A program made the position numbers and the translations under genes. From the NCBI GenBank assembly GCA_025351245.1, contig JANXWH010000087.1:4822-68821 (forward strand): a DNA stretch of 64,000 nt, in the 5' to 3' direction. The DNA comes from Chloroflexota bacterium (GTDB lineage Bacteria; Chloroflexota; Limnocylindria; Limnocylindrales; CSP1-4). The notes beneath the pieces were generated by a model. That model had not been told where the DNA came from, ran no database searches, and worked only from the letters and a program-made list of their open reading frames with translations. Shown piece after piece: positions 1 through 9,204 of this stretch (positions are counted from its first letter, which is position 1; every line of letters starts with the position of its first letter).

Positions 1-474
1 ACGATCGAGGTCGGGCTCGTCACGCTGGGGATCTGCCTGGTCCTGATCACGATCGCGAACCCGATCAGCGAACTGCTCCAGCGTCTCAGCGCGGCCCAGC
101 CGGTGTTGGATGCGTCCGCGCTCGTCTCGGTCCTTGCGGTCGTCGTGGCGATCGCGTTCATCGCCGGGATCGCCTATGCGGCAGTCGCGATCCCGGCCCA
201 GACCGAGATGCAGGAGGTGATCCCGGAGGATGTCCGCGGCCGCGTCTTCGGGATCCTCAACACGCTGGTCTCAATCGGCAGCTTCCTGCCGATCATCATC
301 GTCGGCACCGTCTCGGACGCGCTCGGCCCCGCGCCGGTGCTCCTCGCCGCCGCAAGCCTGGTCGGGCTGAGCGGCGTCGGCTCGATCGTCCTGCGAGGGC
401 GGCAACAGCGGATGCCGCCGCCCGGCGTCGAGAGTGAGCTCCCGATCCCCGGCCCCTCGCCGGACGAACCGTGA
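1..474 (+). CDS. MFS-type transporter, C-terminal part (5' end outside window)
   Basis: Frame 1 is open from nt 1. Hydrophobic TM-like stretches (VLAVVVAIAFIAGIAYA, LVSIGSFLPIIIVGTV) and an EDVRGRVFG loop typical of MFS. Stop TGA 472-474 overlaps the next start (GTGA). Confidence 0.6.
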   Translation, partial: TIEVGLVTLGICLVLITIANPISELLQRLSAAQPVLDASALVSVLAVVVAIAFIAGIAYAAVAIPAQTEMQEVIPEDVRGRVFGILNTLVSIGSFLPIIIVGTVSDALGPAPVLLAAASLVGLSGVGSIVLRGRQQRMPPPGVESELPIPGPSPDEP

Positions 475-1475
475 ACCGCGCCCGGCATCTGCGCCCCCGG
501 GTGGCGGTCATCTTCACCGGCGGCACGATCAGCATGACCGTCGATTCGGCGGCGGGCGGGGCGGTCCCGACGCTCGCCGGCGCGGAGCTCCTCGCGCTGG
601 CCCCCGGCATCGAGGGCATCGCGGAGATCGTCGCGATCGACCGCGGGCGGACCCCGGCCAGCCACTTCTCCTTCGCGGACGTCCTCGCGATCGGTGGCGC
701 CATCAACGCGGCGCTGGCGGACCCCGGCCTTGCGGGCGTCGTCGTGGTGCAGGGAACCGACACGCTGGAGGAGACCGCCTTCGGCTGGGATCTCTGCCAT
801 GCTGATTCCCGGCCGGTCGTCGTGACCGGTGCCATGCGCAACGCGAGCGAGCCCGGCTGGGACGGCCCGGCGAACCTTCGCGCTGCCGTCCGGGTTGCGG
901 CCCACCCGGCGGCCCGGGGGGCAGGCGTGCTCGTCGTCCTGGGTGGGCGCGTCATCGCGGCCGACGACGTGGCGAAACACCACAGCAGTGCGCTGGACGC
1001 CTTCGTGAGTCGCGGTGGCCGGCCGCTCGGGCGAGTGGGGGAGCGAGGCGTGACCCTGCGCCCGCGCGGACCACGCCGCCACGTTCACCCTGCGCCCACC
1101 GTGGCCGGCGGCCCCGTCGAGATCGTCGTCGCGGCCCTGGAGACCGACGGCCGAGCGCTGGATCGCGCGATCGCGGGCGGCGCCCGGGGCGTCGTGGTGG
1201 CCGCGACCGGCTCGGGAAACACCCACCCCGACCTCCTGCGCGCGGCAACGGACGCGATGGCGGCGGGGATCCCGGTCGCGCTCGCCAGCCGAACTGGCGC
1301 AGGTCCCGTCGGGCCGTTCTACGCGTTCCCCGGGGGCGGCGCGACATGGCAACGTGCCGGCGCGCTGATGGCGGGCTCGCTCACGCCGGTCCAGGCCCGC
1401 GTCGCGCTCGTGTTCGGGCTCGGCGCCGGGCTGGAGACGGGAGAGCTCCGGGCGCTGCTCGCGGACCCCGCCTGA
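471..1475 (+). CDS. ansA: L-asparaginase
   Basis: 334 aa. N-terminal VAVIFTGGTISM (TGGTI catalytic motif) and asparaginase-like GTDTLEETAF and VVVTGAMR motifs. Confidence 0.85.
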   Translation: MNRARHLRPRVAVIFTGGTISMTVDSAAGGAVPTLAGAELLALAPGIEGIAEIVAIDRGRTPASHFSFADVLAIGGAINAALADPGLAGVVVVQGTDTLEETAFGWDLCHADSRPVVVTGAMRNASEPGWDGPANLRAAVRVAAHPAARGAGVLVVLGGRVIAADDVAKHHSSALDAFVSRGGRPLGRVGERGVTLRPRGPRRHVHPAPTVAGGPVEIVVAALETDGRALDRAIAGGARGVVVAATGSGNTHPDLLRAATDAMAAGIPVALASRTGAGPVGPFYAFPGGGATWQRAGALMAGSLTPVQARVALVFGLGAGLETGELRALLADPA

Positions 1476-1552
1476 GACGCCGCTGCCGCAGACGCATCCC
1501 GGGATGGGATCGGCGCGGTATCCTCGCCCGGATCAATCCACGGAGGAAGCAC

Positions 1553-1888
1553 GTGACGAGCGGCATGACCCCGGCCAGGCGCGAGTTGAACCATCGCCTC
1601 GAGACGGTCAGCTGGGGCCTTTTCCTGATCATGCTGGGCGGTTTCGCCCTGCTCAGGTCCGTGCCAGAGGGGACCTGGCTGATCGGCGCCGGCGTCATCA
1701 TGCTGGGCCTCAATGCCGTCCGACTCCTGCTGGGGATCCGGGTCAGCTGGTTCACCGTCATCCTGGGGACGGTTGCCCTCCTCTCCGGACTCGGCAGCGT
1801 CTATGGCATCAGCATCCAGGTGGGGCCGCTCCTGATCATCCTGATCGGCCTGGCGATCATCGTCCGCGCCCTGGACCGCTCGCGCTGA
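1553..1888 (+). CDS. small integral membrane protein, unknown function
   Basis: GTG 1553 lies 6 nt after GGAGGAAG. About 110 aa with 3-4 hydrophobic helices (WGLFLIMLGGFALL, LIGAGVIMLGLNAV, FTVILGTVALLSGLG, LLIILIGLAIIV). The upstream part of track ORF 1346..1888 is Arg/Pro-rich and not credible. Confidence 0.55.
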   Translation: MTSGMTPARRELNHRLETVSWGLFLIMLGGFALLRSVPEGTWLIGAGVIMLGLNAVRLLLGIRVSWFTVILGTVALLSGLGSVYGISIQVGPLLIILIGLAIIVRALDRSR

Positions 1889-1951
1889 CAGGGCCGCCCG
1901 GGCAGGCCCGGGCAGGCGCCGCACGGCGGTGCTATCGTTCCGCCTCGCATC

Positions 1952-2028
1952 GGGCGGTTAGCTCAGTTGGTTAGAGCGCATGCTTGACATGCATGAGGTC
2001 AGAGGTTCAAGTCCTCTACCGCCCACCA
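1952..2028 (+). tRNA. tRNA-Val (anticodon GAC), CCA encoded
   Basis: Hand-folded cloverleaf. Acceptor GGGCGGT/ACCGCCC, D stem GCTC/GAGC, anticodon stem CATGC/GCATG with loop TTGACAT, T arm AGAGG-TTCAAGT-CCTCT, then discriminator A and CCA. Confidence 0.95.
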
Positions 2029-2076
2029 TCGAATGAAACGCGTCGAGCGGGACGCGCCCCCCTGACCCGGGACCCC

Positions 2077-2280
2077 AGAGAGCAGCAGGCATCGGCTGGA
2101 ACCTGCTGCGGCTACCGGCAGGCGGGGTACCACCCGTGAGTGGCCGGAGAACCGGTCCGGGATCCGCCCGTTAGCGCGGAGACCCAGAGCGCGCGACCCG
2201 GCGGTCGCGAAATCGGGTGGAACCGCGGGAGGCCGCAGCGGCCCTCTCGTCCCGGGTGGACGAGAGGGTTGTTCGTTTTC
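2077..2280 (+). promoter_or_regulatory. T-box riboswitch leader of thrS (candidate ACC Thr specifier)
   Basis: AGAGAG bulge at 2077-2082. Distal stem CAGCAGG (2083-2089) pairs with CCTGCTG (2102-2108), with a GGCTGGAA loop. ACC followed by A at 2129-2132. T-box core AAATCGGGTGGAACCGCG at 2210-2227. Terminator CCCTCTCGTC/GACGAGAGGG at 2242-2268 followed by TTGTTCGTTTT. thrS ATG lies 17 nt downstream. Confidence 0.8.
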
Positions 2281-2296
2281 AGGGAGGCAGACGGCT

Positions 2297-4153
2297 ATGG
2301 CGGACCAGCAGCGACCCGGCGATGCGAGCGCGATCGGCATCGCCGACGACGACCTCGCGCTCGAGGCACCCGACCGGGGCTCGGCGGAGGAGCTCCTCGA
2401 CGCGGGCGCCCATGCCCCGCTCGATTCGATGCGCCACTCGGCGGCGCACGTGATGGCGGAGGCGGTCCTGGCGCTCTTCCCCGGCGCAGGGCTGGGCATC
2501 GGGCCCGCGATCGCGGACGGGTTCTACTACGACTTCGAGCTGCCGCGCCCGCTCACCCCGGACGACCTCGCGGCGATCGATGCCCAGATGCGCGCGAGCA
2601 TCGCCGCCGACCACCCGTTCGTCCGCCGTGAGCTGCCCTTTGACGAGGCACGTGCGTTGGTCGCCGCCGAGGGCCAGGCCTACAAGGTGGAGATCCTTGA
2701 CGACCTCGCCGCGAAGGCCGTGGCGGCCGGCGAGGCGCTCCCGGTCACCACCTTCTACGAGCACGGGCAGTTCCGCGACCTGTGCCGCGGCCCGCACCTG
2801 GCGTCGACCGGGCTGATCGGCCCGTTCCGGCTCCTCGCGGTGGCCGGCGCGTACTGGCGCGGCCAGGAGTCCCGCCCGATGCTCCAGCGCGTGTACGGCA
2901 CGGTCTGGGAGACCCAGGAGGAGCTGGATCGCTTCCTGTGGCGCCGCGAGGAGGCGAAGAAGCGCGACCACCGCCGGCTGGGGGTGCAGCTGGACCTGTT
3001 CAGCTTCCACGACGTCAGCCCGGGATCCGCCTTCTGGCACCCGAAGGGCCAGCGCCTGTGGCGAACGCTGGAGACCGCGATGCGCGAGCTCCAGGATCGT
3101 CGCGGCTACCAGGAGATCGCCACGCCAATGGTGGTGCACCAGAAGCTCTGGCAGCAATCGGGCCACTGGGATCTCTACCGCGAGAACATGTTCCTCATCG
3201 AGTCCGAGGGGCAGACCTACTCGCTCAAGCCGATGAACTGCCCCGAGAGCACGGTGATCTACAGGAGCCACCTGCGCTCGTACCGGGACCTGCCGCTCCG
3301 GCTCTCCGAGTACGGGCGGCTGCATCGCAACGAGCGGTCCGGGACGCTCTCCGGGTTGACGCGGGTGCGCCACTTCGTGACGGACGACAGCCACATCTTC
3401 GTGCGCCCGGACCAGCTCGCCGACGAGATCGAGGCGCTCCTTACCGAGGTGGCGGAGGTGTATGCCTGGTTCGGCCTTGAGCCCCAGGTGAAGTTCGGCA
3501 CGAAGCCGGACAAGGCGCTCGGCGATCCTGCGCTCTGGGAGCGCGCCGAGGGGCTCATCCGGGAGGCGCTCGACCGTTCGGGCCTGCCATGGACCCTGAA
3601 GCCGAAGGACGGCGCGTTCTACGCACCGAAGATCGACATCCACGTCGAGGACGCCCTTGGCCGGTCGTGGCAGACGGCCACGTTCCAGGTGGACCTCGTG
3701 ATGCTCCCCGAACGATTCGACCTCACGTACATCGACGAGCACGGCCAGCCGCAGCGCCCGATCGCCATCCACCGGGCCGTGTACGGCTCGCTGGAGCGCT
3801 TCATCGGGATCCTCGTGGAGCACTTCGCGGGCGCGTTCCCGTTCTGGCTGGCGCCGGTCCAGGTCGCGCTCATCCCGATCGCCGACCGGCATGCAGGTCC
3901 GGCAGACGAGCTGGCCGCGCTCCTGCGAAAGCACGGGCTGTACGTGGACGTGGACCGCTCGGACAGCCGGATGCAGAACAAGATCCGGCTGGCCCAGGAG
4001 CAGAAGGTGCCCGTGATGGTGATCCTGGGAGACCGGGAGGTCGAAGCGCGGACCGCATCCGTCCGCCGCCGCGATGGCAGCCAGGAGCAGGGCGTCGGGT
4101 GGGATGAGCTGGCGGCGCGTCTCGCGGAGGAGGCTGCCTCTCGCGCCGTGTGA
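2297..4153 (+). CDS. thrS: threonyl-tRNA synthetase
   Basis: 618 aa. Editing-domain RHSAAHVMAEAV motif, class II core and anticodon-binding domain similarity throughout. AGGGAGG RBS at 2281-2287. Confidence 0.97.
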   Translation: MADQQRPGDASAIGIADDDLALEAPDRGSAEELLDAGAHAPLDSMRHSAAHVMAEAVLALFPGAGLGIGPAIADGFYYDFELPRPLTPDDLAAIDAQMRASIAADHPFVRRELPFDEARALVAAEGQAYKVEILDDLAAKAVAAGEALPVTTFYEHGQFRDLCRGPHLASTGLIGPFRLLAVAGAYWRGQESRPMLQRVYGTVWETQEELDRFLWRREEAKKRDHRRLGVQLDLFSFHDVSPGSAFWHPKGQRLWRTLETAMRELQDRRGYQEIATPMVVHQKLWQQSGHWDLYRENMFLIESEGQTYSLKPMNCPESTVIYRSHLRSYRDLPLRLSEYGRLHRNERSGTLSGLTRVRHFVTDDSHIFVRPDQLADEIEALLTEVAEVYAWFGLEPQVKFGTKPDKALGDPALWERAEGLIREALDRSGLPWTLKPKDGAFYAPKIDIHVEDALGRSWQTATFQVDLVMLPERFDLTYIDEHGQPQRPIAIHRAVYGSLERFIGILVEHFAGAFPFWLAPVQVALIPIADRHAGPADELAALLRKHGLYVDVDRSDSRMQNKIRLAQEQKVPVMVILGDREVEARTASVRRRDGSQEQGVGWDELAARLAEEAASRAV

Positions 4154-4273
4154 CGAGGAGCATGTGGTATTCTCCGCCAGCGAACCGCGCCCGCTGGCGC
4201 GCGTGCTCTGGCACGCCGTCGACGGGCGCACGAATGACTCGAGAGCACGAAGGGGCCGACGATAAGCCGAGAG

Positions 4274-4906
4274 TTGCGTGTCAACCAGATGATCCGGATC
4301 AGCCAGGTTCGGGTGATCGACGAGGAGGGGACCCAGCTCGGCGTCATGGCGACGGGCGATGCTCTTCGACTGGCACAGGAGCGCGGCTACGACCTCGTCG
4401 AGGTTGCGCCCACGGCGTCGCCTCCCGTGACGCGCCTTCTCGACTACGGCCAGTACAAGTACGAGCTGTCCAAGCGGGATAAGGAAGCCAAGCGGAAGTC
4501 CCGGTCTGTCGAGTTCAAGGAAGTCCGCCTGAAGCCGAAGATCGGTGTGGGCGACTTCGACACGAAGGTCCGACGGGCAATCGAGTTTCTGGAGGACGGC
4601 GACCGGATCAAGGTGGCCGTCCAGTTTCGCGGTCGAGAGCTGACCCACCCGCATCTCGGGCGGGAATTGCTCGCGAAGTTCGCGGACCAGATCAAGGACC
4701 ATGGCGTCCTCGAGCGGGCACCCCTCCTCGAGGGAAAGTCCATGCATATCACGATCGCTTCGACCCACAAGCCGAAGCCGCGCGAGGCCACCGGCGGGGC
4801 AGCCGCCCCGGACGGAACGCCGCAGCCGGACGAGACGGAGGGTGCCGCCCCGGCGGCCGCGGTCGACGCAGCGGGCTCCACGCCCGCCGCACCAGCGGGA
4901 GAGTGA
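4274..4906 (+). CDS. infC: translation initiation factor IF-3 (start uncertain: ATA 4262, TTG 4274 or ATG 4289)
   Basis: VNQMIRISQVRVIDEEG..YDLVEV..PPV.RLLDYGQYKYE matches IF-3 N and C domains. The frame opens only after TGA 4235-4237. Carries a PA-rich C-terminal tail. Confidence 0.9.
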   Translation: MRVNQMIRISQVRVIDEEGTQLGVMATGDALRLAQERGYDLVEVAPTASPPVTRLLDYGQYKYELSKRDKEAKRKSRSVEFKEVRLKPKIGVGDFDTKVRRAIEFLEDGDRIKVAVQFRGRELTHPHLGRELLAKFADQIKDHGVLERAPLLEGKSMHITIASTHKPKPREATGGAAAPDGTPQPDETEGAAPAAAVDAAGSTPAAPAGE

Positions 4907-4913
4907 GGCCGGC

Positions 4914-5120
4914 GTGCCGAAGCTGAAGACCCACAAGGGAGCCCAGAAGCGGATCGGGGTGACCGGGAGCGGGAAGCCGATCCGCGTCAAGTCGTGGCGG
5001 GGCCACCACCTGGAGCTGAAGTCGTCGCGGCGAACGCGCCGGTATGACGGCAAGGCCGTGCTCGGCAGCGAGCATGCGAGCCAGATCAGGCGCCTCCTCC
5101 CGTACCTCAAGAAGGGCTGA
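4914..5120 (+). CDS. rpmI: 50S ribosomal protein L35
   Basis: GTG 4914. (M)PKLKTHKGAQKRIGVTGSGK is the canonical L35 N-terminus. 68 aa. Located inside a longer track ORF. Confidence 0.93.
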   Translation: MPKLKTHKGAQKRIGVTGSGKPIRVKSWRGHHLELKSSRRTRRYDGKAVLGSEHASQIRRLLPYLKKG

Positions 5121-5123
5121 CCC

Positions 5124-5474
5124 ATGGCTCGCGTCAAGCGCGGCGTCACCGCGCACAAGCGCCACAAGCGCCTCCTCAACGCGTCCGAGGGACGCAAGGG
5201 GACGCGCTCGCGGCTGATCAAGCCGGCCCACGAAGCGCTGCTCCATGCGCTCGCCTACGCCACCCGCGACCGCAAGGTCCGGAAGCGCGACTTCCGCCAG
5301 CTCTGGATCATCCGGATCAACGCGGCGGCCCGGATCCACGGCCTGACCTACAGCCAGCTCATCCGCGGCCTCCGGACGGCCGAGGTCGAGATCGACCGCA
5401 AGATCCTGTCCGACATCGCCGTCCGCGACGACGGCACGTTCGGTCGGATCGTCGAGGTTGCCCGCGGCGCCTGA
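5124..5474 (+). CDS. rplT: 50S ribosomal protein L20
   Basis: [18 protein letters not shown]... is canonical L20. 116 aa. Confidence 0.97.
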   Translation: MARVKRGVTAHKRHKRLLNASEGRKGTRSRLIKPAHEALLHALAYATRDRKVRKRDFRQLWIIRINAAARIHGLTYSQLIRGLRTAEVEIDRKILSDIAVRDDGTFGRIVEVARGA

Positions 5475-5506
5475 CGGCATGGCCGGGCCAGGGCCTCCCA
5501 GGAGGA

Positions 5507-6562
5507 GTGTCTCCGCTCGTGGACCTCGCCACGCTGACCAGCCAGCTCCGCGCGCTCGGTGAGGAGGCGCTGCCGAAGATCGCGGCCGCGCCGGACCTGG
5601 CGGCGCTCGCCGAGCTCGACGTCGCCTACCTCGGACGGAAGGGCGGTGCGCTCTCCGGCCTCATGCGCGGGATCGGGCAGCTTCCCGCCGACGACCGGCC
5701 ACGTGTCGGCGTCGCGGTCAACGAGGTTCGAGAGGCCGTCGAGGGCGCGCTCGCGAGCGCCCGGCAGCGCACGGCCCAGGCGGCCCTGGCGGCGCGCCTC
5801 GCCGCCGAGGCGGTGGACGTCACGACGCCCGGCCGGCCGATCGCACGCGGAAGCCTCCACCCGATCTCTGAGACGATCAGCCGGATCGCGGAGATATTCG
5901 GCCAGTTCGGGTTCGTGACCTACGAGGGGCCCGAGGTCGAAAGCGACGCCACGAACTTCCAGATGCTCAACATCCCGCCGGATCATCCCGCCCGGGACCT
6001 CTGGGACACGATGTATGTCGACATCGACGGGGGCCTCCTCCGGACGCACACCTCGCCCGGCCAGATTCGCGTCATGCACGCGGAGAGGCCGCCGATCAGG
6101 GCGCTCCTGCCGGGCCGCTGCTTCCGCTACGAGGCGGTCGACGCGTCGCACGCGTCGGAGTTCTTCCAGGTCGAAGGGCTCATGGTGGACGAAGGGACGA
6201 ACCTCGCCGACCTGCGCGGCCTCCTCGACGAGTTCGCCCACGCGATGTTCGGCGCCGGGCGCGCCACGCGCTTCCGGCCGGGCTACTACCCGTTCACGGA
6301 GCCGTCCGTGGCATTCGACGTGGGCTGCCTGGTCTGCGGCGGGATGGGCTGCCCCGCGTGCGGACGGACGGGCTGGATGACAATCCTCGGGGCGGGAATG
6401 GTCCACCCGGTCGTGCTCCAGCACGGTGGGATCGACCCGGAGCGCTACCAGGGCTTCGCGTTCGGGATGGGCGTCGAGCGGATCGCGATGCTCCGTCACG
6501 GGATCGGCGATGTCCGGATCTTCCTCGACAACGACCTGCGCCTCCTGGAGCAGTTCCGATGA
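5507..6562 (+). CDS. pheS: phenylalanyl-tRNA synthetase alpha subunit
   Basis: 351 aa with class II motifs (HPARDLWDTMY, FRYEAVDASH, GFAFGMGVERI). GTG 5507 sits only 1 nt after AGGAGG, so in-frame GTG 5519 is an alternative start. Confidence 0.95.
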   Translation: MSPLVDLATLTSQLRALGEEALPKIAAAPDLAALAELDVAYLGRKGGALSGLMRGIGQLPADDRPRVGVAVNEVREAVEGALASARQRTAQAALAARLAAEAVDVTTPGRPIARGSLHPISETISRIAEIFGQFGFVTYEGPEVESDATNFQMLNIPPDHPARDLWDTMYVDIDGGLLRTHTSPGQIRVMHAERPPIRALLPGRCFRYEAVDASHASEFFQVEGLMVDEGTNLADLRGLLDEFAHAMFGAGRATRFRPGYYPFTEPSVAFDVGCLVCGGMGCPACGRTGWMTILGAGMVHPVVLQHGGIDPERYQGFAFGMGVERIAMLRHGIGDVRIFLDNDLRLLEQFR

Positions 6563-9063
6563 GGGTCCCGCTCGGCTGGCTCCGCGACTACGTGGACCTC
6601 GACCTGTCCCCGGACGCGCTGGCGGAGCGGCTCACGCTCCTGGGATTCGAGGTCAAGGGCCTCGAGCGCTGGGGCTCCGAGTGGCGCAACGTCGTCGTCG
6701 GCGAGCTGCTGACCGTGGAGAAGCACCCGCGGGCGGACCGCCTCTCGCTCACTACCGTCGATGTCGGGGCGGGCGAGCCGCTCCAGATCGTCTGCGGCGC
6801 GACGAACATCGCGCCCGGCCAGCGGGTCCCGGTGGCCTTGCCGGGCGCGCTCCTGCCCGGCAACCGCGCCATCGAGCGGACCGAGAAGATGGGCGTGGTG
6901 AGCAACGGGATGCTGTGTTCCGGGGACGAGCTCCGGTTGAGCGTGGACGGCGAGGGGATCCTGATCCTGCCCCTCGGGACGCCCCTGGGCACGGCCCTCG
7001 CGGACCTCTACGGCGACTGGGTGCTGGACGTGGACGTGAAGCCGAACCGCGGCGACGCGCTCTGCCTCGTGGGGCTGGCCCGCGAGGTGGCGGCCGCCAC
7101 CGGCAAGGTGGCGCGCTTCCCGGAGATCCTGCTGCGCGAGGATGGCCCACCCATCGGCGAGGTCCTCGCGGTCGGCGTCGAGGACCCGGAGCTCTGTCAC
7201 CGCTTCGTCGGCCGCAGGGTGAACGGCGTTCGCGTTGGGCCGTCTCCGGGGCAGGTCCAGCGGCGCCTCCTCGCGGCCGGGACGCGCCCGGTCAGCAACG
7301 TGGTGGACGCCACGAACTACGCGATGCTGGAGCTCGGCAAGCCGACGCACGCATTCGACGCCGGCGCCGTGGCGCGCGACGCGAGGGGCCGGGCTGCCCT
7401 CGTCGTTCGGACCGCCCGCCCCGGCGAGCGCCTCGAGACGCTGGATCACGTGGAGCGCGTGCTCTCCCCGGAGACACTCGTCATCGCCGACGAGAACGGT
7501 CCGCTCGCGATCGCCGGGGTCATGGGCGGGGCCGCATCGGAGGTGGGGGAGTCGACGGCCGACGTGATCATCGAGTCCGCGGTCTTCGATCCCGTCAGCG
7601 TCAGGCGGACCGCATTTCGGTATGCCCTTCGCTCGGAGGCGAGCCTCCGCTTCGAGAAGGGCCAGGAGTCCCGGCTCGCCCGGATCGGCGCGGACCGGGT
7701 CGCCGAGCTCATCGCAGCGTGGGCCGGCGGCCGCATCGCCAGCGGGCGAATCGACACGGCTCCGGACGAGCCCGTGCCGGCCCGGGTCGGGTACCGGCCG
7801 GCGCGCGTGGACCGGCTCCTTGGGACGAGTCTGGGCCCGAAAGCGCAGGCTGCCCTGCTCGCGCGCGTCGGCATCGCGACCGAGCCTGCGCCGGACGGGT
7901 CCGGGGTGGTCATCGCGGCCGGCGCGACGCCGCGCAGTGTCGCCGTCGCGCCCGGCGAGGCACGCGGCGCGGTCGTGCCCACGTGGCGCCGCGACCTTCT
8001 CATCGAGGCCGACATCGCGGAGGAGGTCGTCCGCCTCGCCGGCTACGAGGCCGTCGTGGGGAAGACGCCGGACACGGCAATGCCCCACGTGCGTCCGAAC
8101 CCGCTGGAGCTGCGCGACGCGCTTCGGCGCGCGCTCGTTGGCGCGGGCCTGACGGAGGTCGTGACGCCGGCGCTCGTGCCCGCATCAGCGGCGGCCGCGC
8201 TCGGGTGGCCCGTCCTGGCCGCGGGCGGCGTGCCGGGGGAGGCAGCCGTGGACGGCCCGCTCGTGACCGTCACGAACCCACTGTCCGAGCGCCACGCCGT
8301 CCTGCGGCGCGGCCTCGTGGGGAGCCTGCTGGACGTCCTCGCGCTCAATGAGCGGCACGGCCGGGGCGACGTCGCGATCTTCGAGGTCGGGAAGGGCTAT
8401 GCGCAGGCGCCCGACGGCGCCCCGGCCGAGTGGTGGCGCCTGGCCTTCCTCGTGACGGGCTCCGCCGGTGCCACCGCCTGGAACCTCCCGGCACGCCAGT
8501 ACGACCTCGACGACGCGAAGGGGATCGTGGAACTGGTGGCCCGGGTCCTGGCGCTCCCGGACCCTGCCTACGCACCGCACCTCGACGGGGCGCCGCTGCA
8601 TCCGGGACGCGCCGCGCGCGCCGTGGCCCCGGGGGCGCTGGCCGGACTCGTCGGCGAGCTCCACCCGTCGGTCCTGGCGGCATGGGACCTTCGCGCCGAG
8701 CGCGTCCTCGTGGCGGAACTCGCGATCTCCGGTCTTTCGGCGGGCCAGCTGGTCCCCGTTCGGGTGGCGCCGGTCGGGCGCTTCCAGCCGCTCGAGCGTG
8801 ATCTCGCGCTGGTGGTGCCGGAGCCGCTCGCCGCCGCGTACCTGGCGGCGACGCTCCGGGGGGCCGGCGGCGACACGCTCCGGCAGGTCGCGCTGTTCGA
8901 CATCTACCGTGGCGCGCCGCTGGCAGCCGGGGAGAAGAGCCTTGCCTGGCGCGTCGTCTTCGCCGCCGACGAGCGAGCGCTCACGGACGAGGAGGTCGAC
9001 GCGGACGTCGCCCGGCTCGTCTCCGCTGTCGCGTCCGCCCACGGAGCTCGCCTGCGCACGTAG
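6559..9063 (+). CDS. pheT: phenylalanyl-tRNA synthetase beta subunit
   Basis: ATG 6559 overlaps the pheS stop (ATGA). MRVPLGWLRDYVDL is the canonical PheT N-terminus. tRNA-binding, B3/4, B5 and FDX-ACB regions are recognisable. Confidence 0.95.
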   Translation: MRVPLGWLRDYVDLDLSPDALAERLTLLGFEVKGLERWGSEWRNVVVGELLTVEKHPRADRLSLTTVDVGAGEPLQIVCGATNIAPGQRVPVALPGALLPGNRAIERTEKMGVVSNGMLCSGDELRLSVDGEGILILPLGTPLGTALADLYGDWVLDVDVKPNRGDALCLVGLAREVAAATGKVARFPEILLREDGPPIGEVLAVGVEDPELCHRFVGRRVNGVRVGPSPGQVQRRLLAAGTRPVSNVVDATNYAMLELGKPTHAFDAGAVARDARGRAALVVRTARPGERLETLDHVERVLSPETLVIADENGPLAIAGVMGGAASEVGESTADVIIESAVFDPVSVRRTAFRYALRSEASLRFEKGQESRLARIGADRVAELIAAWAGGRIASGRIDTAPDEPVPARVGYRPARVDRLLGTSLGPKAQAALLARVGIATEPAPDGSGVVIAAGATPRSVAVAPGEARGAVVPTWRRDLLIEADIAEEVVRLAGYEAVVGKTPDTAMPHVRPNPLELRDALRRALVGAGLTEVVTPALVPASAAAALGWPVLAAGGVPGEAAVDGPLVTVTNPLSERHAVLRRGLVGSLLDVLALNERHGRGDVAIFEVGKGYAQAPDGAPAEWWRLAFLVTGSAGATAWNLPARQYDLDDAKGIVELVARVLALPDPAYAPHLDGAPLHPGRAARAVAPGALAGLVGELHPSVLAAWDLRAERVLVAELAISGLSAGQLVPVRVAPVGRFQPLERDLALVVPEPLAAAYLAATLRGAGGDTLRQVALFDIYRGAPLAAGEKSLAWRVVFAADERALTDEEVDADVARLVSAVASAHGARLRT

Positions 9064-9204
9064 GAGCGCGCCTGGCCGTGAGAGGGCCGCAGCTCGGCCC
9101 GGTTGCAGGCGCGCCGAGCGCGGACGTATCCTTGCAGCCGTTCCACCGAGAGAGATCGGGGGCCTGGTCGGCGCCATGTGCGCGCCGTGATATGGGGAGT
9201 CTGC

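Noticed and set aside
4176-4198. Hairpin GCCAGCG/CGCTGGC upstream of infC as a possible L20-leader element
   Set aside because: It is a single short stem with no recognisable mimic of the L20 binding site, and I cannot run a covariance model. It is more likely a thrS 3' structure.
2279-5221. 980-aa minus-strand ORF spanning thrS, infC and rpmI
   Set aside because: It is antisense to three unmistakable genes. Its composition is extremely Arg/Pro/Gly/Leu-rich, and long open antisense frames are expected at ~70% GC.
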